A stretch of DNA of 64,000 nt from Callorhinchus milii (Eukaryota), in contig NW_024704742.1 in NCBI RefSeq assembly GCF_018977255.1, positions 22,322,001 to 22,386,000 on the forward strand, given 5' to 3'. The notes under the pieces are model-generated. The model was not told the DNA's origin and did not search any database. It was given only the letters and a program-made list of their open reading frames with translations. Each line of letters opens with the position of its first letter. The first letter of the stretch is position 1. This document shows, one piece after another, positions 59,349 through 64,000 of this stretch. A program made the position numbers and the translations under genes.

Positions 59349-62300
59349 CTGTAAGCACCCGAGAACTAATTACAAGTGTGTGGAACAAATAGAAGATAGC
59401 AACACGTTACTGGAATGCAACCGTGCGCAGATCTGTACAGTTTCAAGTCTGAACTGTAAATAAATCAGATTATAATATATGTATAGTATGGTGGCAAATT
59501 AAATAAAATTTATCATTAACATGTATACATTTATTTCAAATTGAAGTGCCAAAGCTCTTGTACATCTTTGTTCAACCGTGAAACAGTGCATTTTTACCTT
59601 GGAGTGAAGAAAGCATTTTAGTATGTCATAGTATCTGATACGCTTTCCTTAATGGCAAAAGACTTATTGGTTGTCCCATTTTGCTCATTCACACTTTCAC
59701 CACTCCATTGCTAACACATGTATACCAAATGAATTGTATAGAAATTCTGAACAGCATTAGATTGTATCTCCGTTCGTGAATTTCTGAAGTAACTGCTGAC
59801 AGACAGACAATAAGTTGCCTTTCTCCTCATATTCCTTCTTCTATATCTTTGTATCTTTCCGGCTTTCAGTGAAATTATACTTCTATCTTTCTACAGATCT
59901 CATTTACAATTGCAAATTGCAAAAAATAGACGTAGATCTGTTTATCCCCTCTATTTCTGCTCTTTTTCACATTTGAAGCTTTTTCTTGTTACATTTAATA
60001 TTGTTTCTGAGTTCTTGGCCTTTCACGTAAGTAAACCATGACCTCACTTTTTTTTGCTTTTAGTCAGTTTCTGTTGCCTACCTTTTCGTTTTTGAACCTC
60101 TGCTTTTTAACTTCCACTATTAGACACAAGACTTCTGTTTGAACCACTTTTTCTTCTGTTTTTCATTCTGAACTGAGCACTTCCACTCTTGTCTCTACCA
60201 CACAGCTTCTCTGCATCTGCTCTCTTGGTCAGGTTAACAGTGGGGCACATCAGCCCTATTCTGAACTGCAGCACATCAGTGTCAGAATTTATCAACCTTC
60301 TCTGCTCCTTTCTCCTTCACAATTTCACTTCCAATTTCTTAATATTGCAAGTTAGCAGATCTTTGTATTTTAAAATTTATTTTAACCAGTAGAGGGCAGT
60401 ATTATCTGCCCAGTTACTCAAAGAAATACAAATAAAAATGATCAACTGCAGCAACAATCATTTCCACACCTGTAACGGGTAATATGGCTCCTCCTCATCC
60501 TACTTGTGTACGCACTGGACCTACCATTGATTGTTTAGATCTAAAGGAGAATGCTCTGGTAAATAAGGATGAGGAGGACTGATGAAGAGGAGATGGAAAA
60601 GATTGAAGACTGAGTAAAAGGACACAGAATAGACCAAATCAGAGGAAACTACCTGATCAACAAAATAAAGATTTCAGAAAACCCTAGACAGCAAGACCTT
60701 TAGAAAAGCAAACATTAGGGATATGAAGGATGACCTTAGTGCCATAGACAGAGGTACTACTGAAGAATAAATTAGTTGAGAATAAATGGACAGATTAAGA
60801 GAAAATAAAGAAAAATATTTTGGGGAGAAAGTAATGGATGACCAATGGGCTGAACATAAAGACTACACAGATACAAGAAGAGGTGAACAAAGATATGAGG
60901 GGAGTCTAGAAAAAAAATGTATAAGGTCAGAGCAGCAGATGAAAAACATAATGCTGAATACTTTTGCCAATAATATAAAAAAGGTAATCAGGGAAGGAGT
61001 TAAAACTCTAGAGGTTACAAACAAGGTTGAAAAAAAAGGACCAACAGGTTACAGCAAATATATGAAATTACGTCTTTCAGGAGATTTTTTTAAAATCATG
61101 CTGTCAAACATAATATGTATTGTTTGAGCTCCAGGACTTTGACATCAGTGAGGCTGGGGTTCTAGTTAGGTTCAACAGGCTGAAACCAACAAAACTCCTT
61201 CGGACTGATGAATTGTATCCCTGGGACGGATGAACTGTACCCCAGGGTACTTAGGGAGACAAGGCAGGTGATTTATAAAGCACTGACAGACATCACGAAG
61301 AAGTCAATCACCACTTGGTGAGGTTCCAACGGACTGGAGGCAAACAAATGCGTTTCCCATATTCAATGTTGACAGAGCCTTACCTGCCATCAATAGACCC
61401 ATTCGCCTGATCTCAATTGGAAAACTAATGGAATCAGTCATGACAAGTTAAACAGATTATCCTTATAAAAATAATAAATGACAGCCAACATTGCTTTAGA
61501 AAGGCTGGATCTCATCTGAACAGCCTCATAGAAATTTTCTAAAGAGCTCACACAGGGCAATTTGACCCTAGGAGGTCATTAACATAAGAGTACTATGTAG
61601 TGTAATGCAGAGGAGAGTAACAGCATTGATCCTCATTGCTGGGAGTGATGAGTTATGAGGAATGATTAGATAAATTAAACCCAGAATAATACTTTGATAC
61701 ACCAAGAAAACAAGACAAGAGGGCACTGGATCAAGGTTGCGAAGTAAGGGCCTTTACAGTTGGTCTTTATACACAAAATAACCTCCCTTATTTTAGGGTT
61801 TTAGAGGTATATGTTTGTGACCAAAAATTGGAGAAAATCAAGGGGAAAAAATTGTAAATGTCAGTGAAAACTGGTAAAAAAAAATATCTGCCACTGATTT
61901 ATATTTTCTGTCCACATTAAAGGTAAGCAAAGAACATCACAATTTGAGCACTACAAACAGCTGCTTCACTCTGAGATTGCTGGCAACAAATGTGAGAGGC
62001 TCTGTACAAGATGCAGAGATCAGCGGGCAGTGCGCAATCTGTGCAGCCCCAGAAGCTCCCCAAGAAGTAAACTTGTATTCTACCCATTAATTCCCAGCTT
62101 CCCCAACTTTTTACCTCGCAGTGATTCCACCTACACGATTCATTTTCGACCTAATTTTGTCCTCCAGGAGTCCATCCAATCCATGGCAACTGTTTGGAAC
62201 CCGTATCAGGTATTTGGCTTCCGTGCAATCCGTGGCCAGTATATGGTGACGATGCGAATCGTCTGGAATCTCTGCCACCCACGCATGGCGCCTGGAGTCC

Positions 62301-63213
62301 TTGCGAGGCTTCTGGCATCCTTGAATTTTTTGTGAGGCATTTGTTCGTGTAAGGTGTCTGGCGTTCATGCTATTTTCATAAGATGGCTTGGGTCCATGCT
62401 TGGCAGCTGGAGTCCGTACAGTCTCCACCCTTGCAGTCTGCACCAGAGGTTTATAGGCTGAGCGGTTCTTGTAAAACCCACGCGCGATGTCTGCAGTCAA
62501 TGCCATACTCCTGGAGTCCGCACAGTCTACACGATGGGTCTGGAGTCTTCGCAAGGCAACAGTTTCAACTACACTGCTGGGGTCTGGGCTCCGTACTAGT
62601 TGTTTGGAGGCCGCTCAGACAGGCTGAGGATCCTGGAGTCCGTGCAAAGAGCTGAACCTAAACAGTTACTTTCGGATGCTCCGACACAGCAACATAAGAG
62701 AACACGAGTTTAGGATTGCAAAGACCAATGTCAGGACACAAAACAGAAAGTTTCCCTTTACTGTGAGGTTAATTCCCAACTGGAACAGGTTACTATTACG
62801 GGTGGATGAGACCAGGACATTGGGGCAGCATCGGAAAAGGAGGAGGCCATTCAACCCCTCGAATTTTATGAGATCATTTCATGTTCTGCTATTTTATTGG
62901 GGGGGTTAGAGCACAAGAGCCCATTTTTTGGAAGGATGAGATCATATATAGGCAAAAGACCCCTTCTTCATCCAATCTTGTGATCCTGGGCGGAGTAACC
63001 GAAGACCACATTCTGTTGCAAGCAAAAGAGCGCAATAATGTCTGGCAATGGGATGGGTGGTGGGGGGGGTATTAGCCTGAGCTTCACAGAAGTAAATACT
63101 CTCATCTATCTACAAAAAAAAATCAGTCTTCAGGGGCGCAAACAAAAATATCAAACAAACGAGATGGTATTGCTTCAGCAGATGAGACAAACGAAATCAG
63201 TAAAGATGCAGCC

Positions 63214-63972
63214 TGTGTGTGTGTGTGTGTGTGTGAGTGTGTGAGTGAGTGAGTGTGAGTGAGTGTGCGTGTGTGTTCATGAGTGAGACCGAGTGAGTGT
63301 GTAAGTCAGTGTGTGAGTGGGTGTGAGAGTGAGTGAGTGTGTGAGTGTGTGAGTGTGTGTGTGAGTGTGTGAGTGAGTGTGAGTGAGTGTGTGAGTGTGA
63401 GTGAGTGTGTGAGTGAGAGTGTGAGTGAGTGTGAGTGTGTGAGTGAGAGAGTGTGAGTGTGTGAGAGAGTGTGTGTGAGTGAGAGAGTGTGAGTGAGTGT
63501 GAGTGAGTGTGTGTGTGTGAGAGTGAGTGTGAGAGTGTGTGAGTGAGTGTGTGAGAGTGTGAGTGAGTGTGTGAGTGAGAGAGTGTGAGTGAGTGTGTGA
63601 GTGAGAGTGTGTGAGTGAGTGTGTGAGTGAGTGTGTGTGAGAGTGTGTGAGTGAGAGAGTGTGAGTGTGAGTGTGTGAGTGAGAGTGAGTGAGTGTGTGA
63701 GTGAGTGAGTGAGTGCGTGTGTGAGAGTGAGTGAGTGTGAGAGTGTGTGAGAGAGTGTGAGTGAGTGTGAGTGAGAGTGTGTGTGTGAGTGAGTGTGTGA
63801 GTGAGTGAGTGTGTGAGTGAGAGAGTGTGAGAGAGTGTGTGTGAGTGAGAGTGTGTGAGTGAGTGTGTGAGTGTGTGAGTGAGTGTGAGAGTGAGTGAGT
63901 GTGTGTGTGTGAGTGTGTGAGTGAGTGAGTGAGTGTGAGTGTGAGAGTCAGTGAGTGTGTGAGTGAGTGTGT
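63214..63972. repeat. Compound (GT)n/(GAGT)n microsatellite, copy 2
   Basis: Counterpart of 40770-41495 with a different internal arrangement and length. Confidence 0.97.
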
Positions 63973-64000
63973 ACACGGGTATACACAAAAAGACAAGTCA

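Larger units (their letters stand above)
42982..64000 (+). repeat. Copy 2 of the ~21-kb duplication (runs off the window end)
   Basis: Colinear with 20590-41524; offset 22392 at the start and 22476 at the end. Confidence 0.98.

Overview
AT-rich, repeat-laden vertebrate intronic DNA. The tRNA-Ala/Deu-type SINEs with L2 tails and shark-type CR1 ends point to a cartilaginous fish, possibly a chimaera (inference). The only recognisable gene is TTC29 on the minus strand. Four conserved coding exons (224, 186, 213 and 86 nt), plus a probable 65-nt exon, join in consistent phases; the exons 3' of 16751 were not found. About 21 kb (20590-41524) is repeated almost identically at 42982-64000, across a GC-rich minisatellite and a 30-N gap. 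Copy 1 has single-base deletions frameshifting three exons that are intact in copy 2. That pattern and a garbled sequence end after the gap suggest an unmerged contig overlap or haplotype duplication, though a real intragenic duplication is not excluded. The rest is L2 and CR1 fragments, nested SINEs, fossil hAT and Harbinger coding sequence, a 187-bp palindrome, compound microsatellites and a CpG island. I found no convincing undescribed biological system. The best leads are the duplication, a CTCF-like motif on a splice acceptor, a candidate poison exon, the palindrome and a dispersed CTGGAGTCCG repeat.
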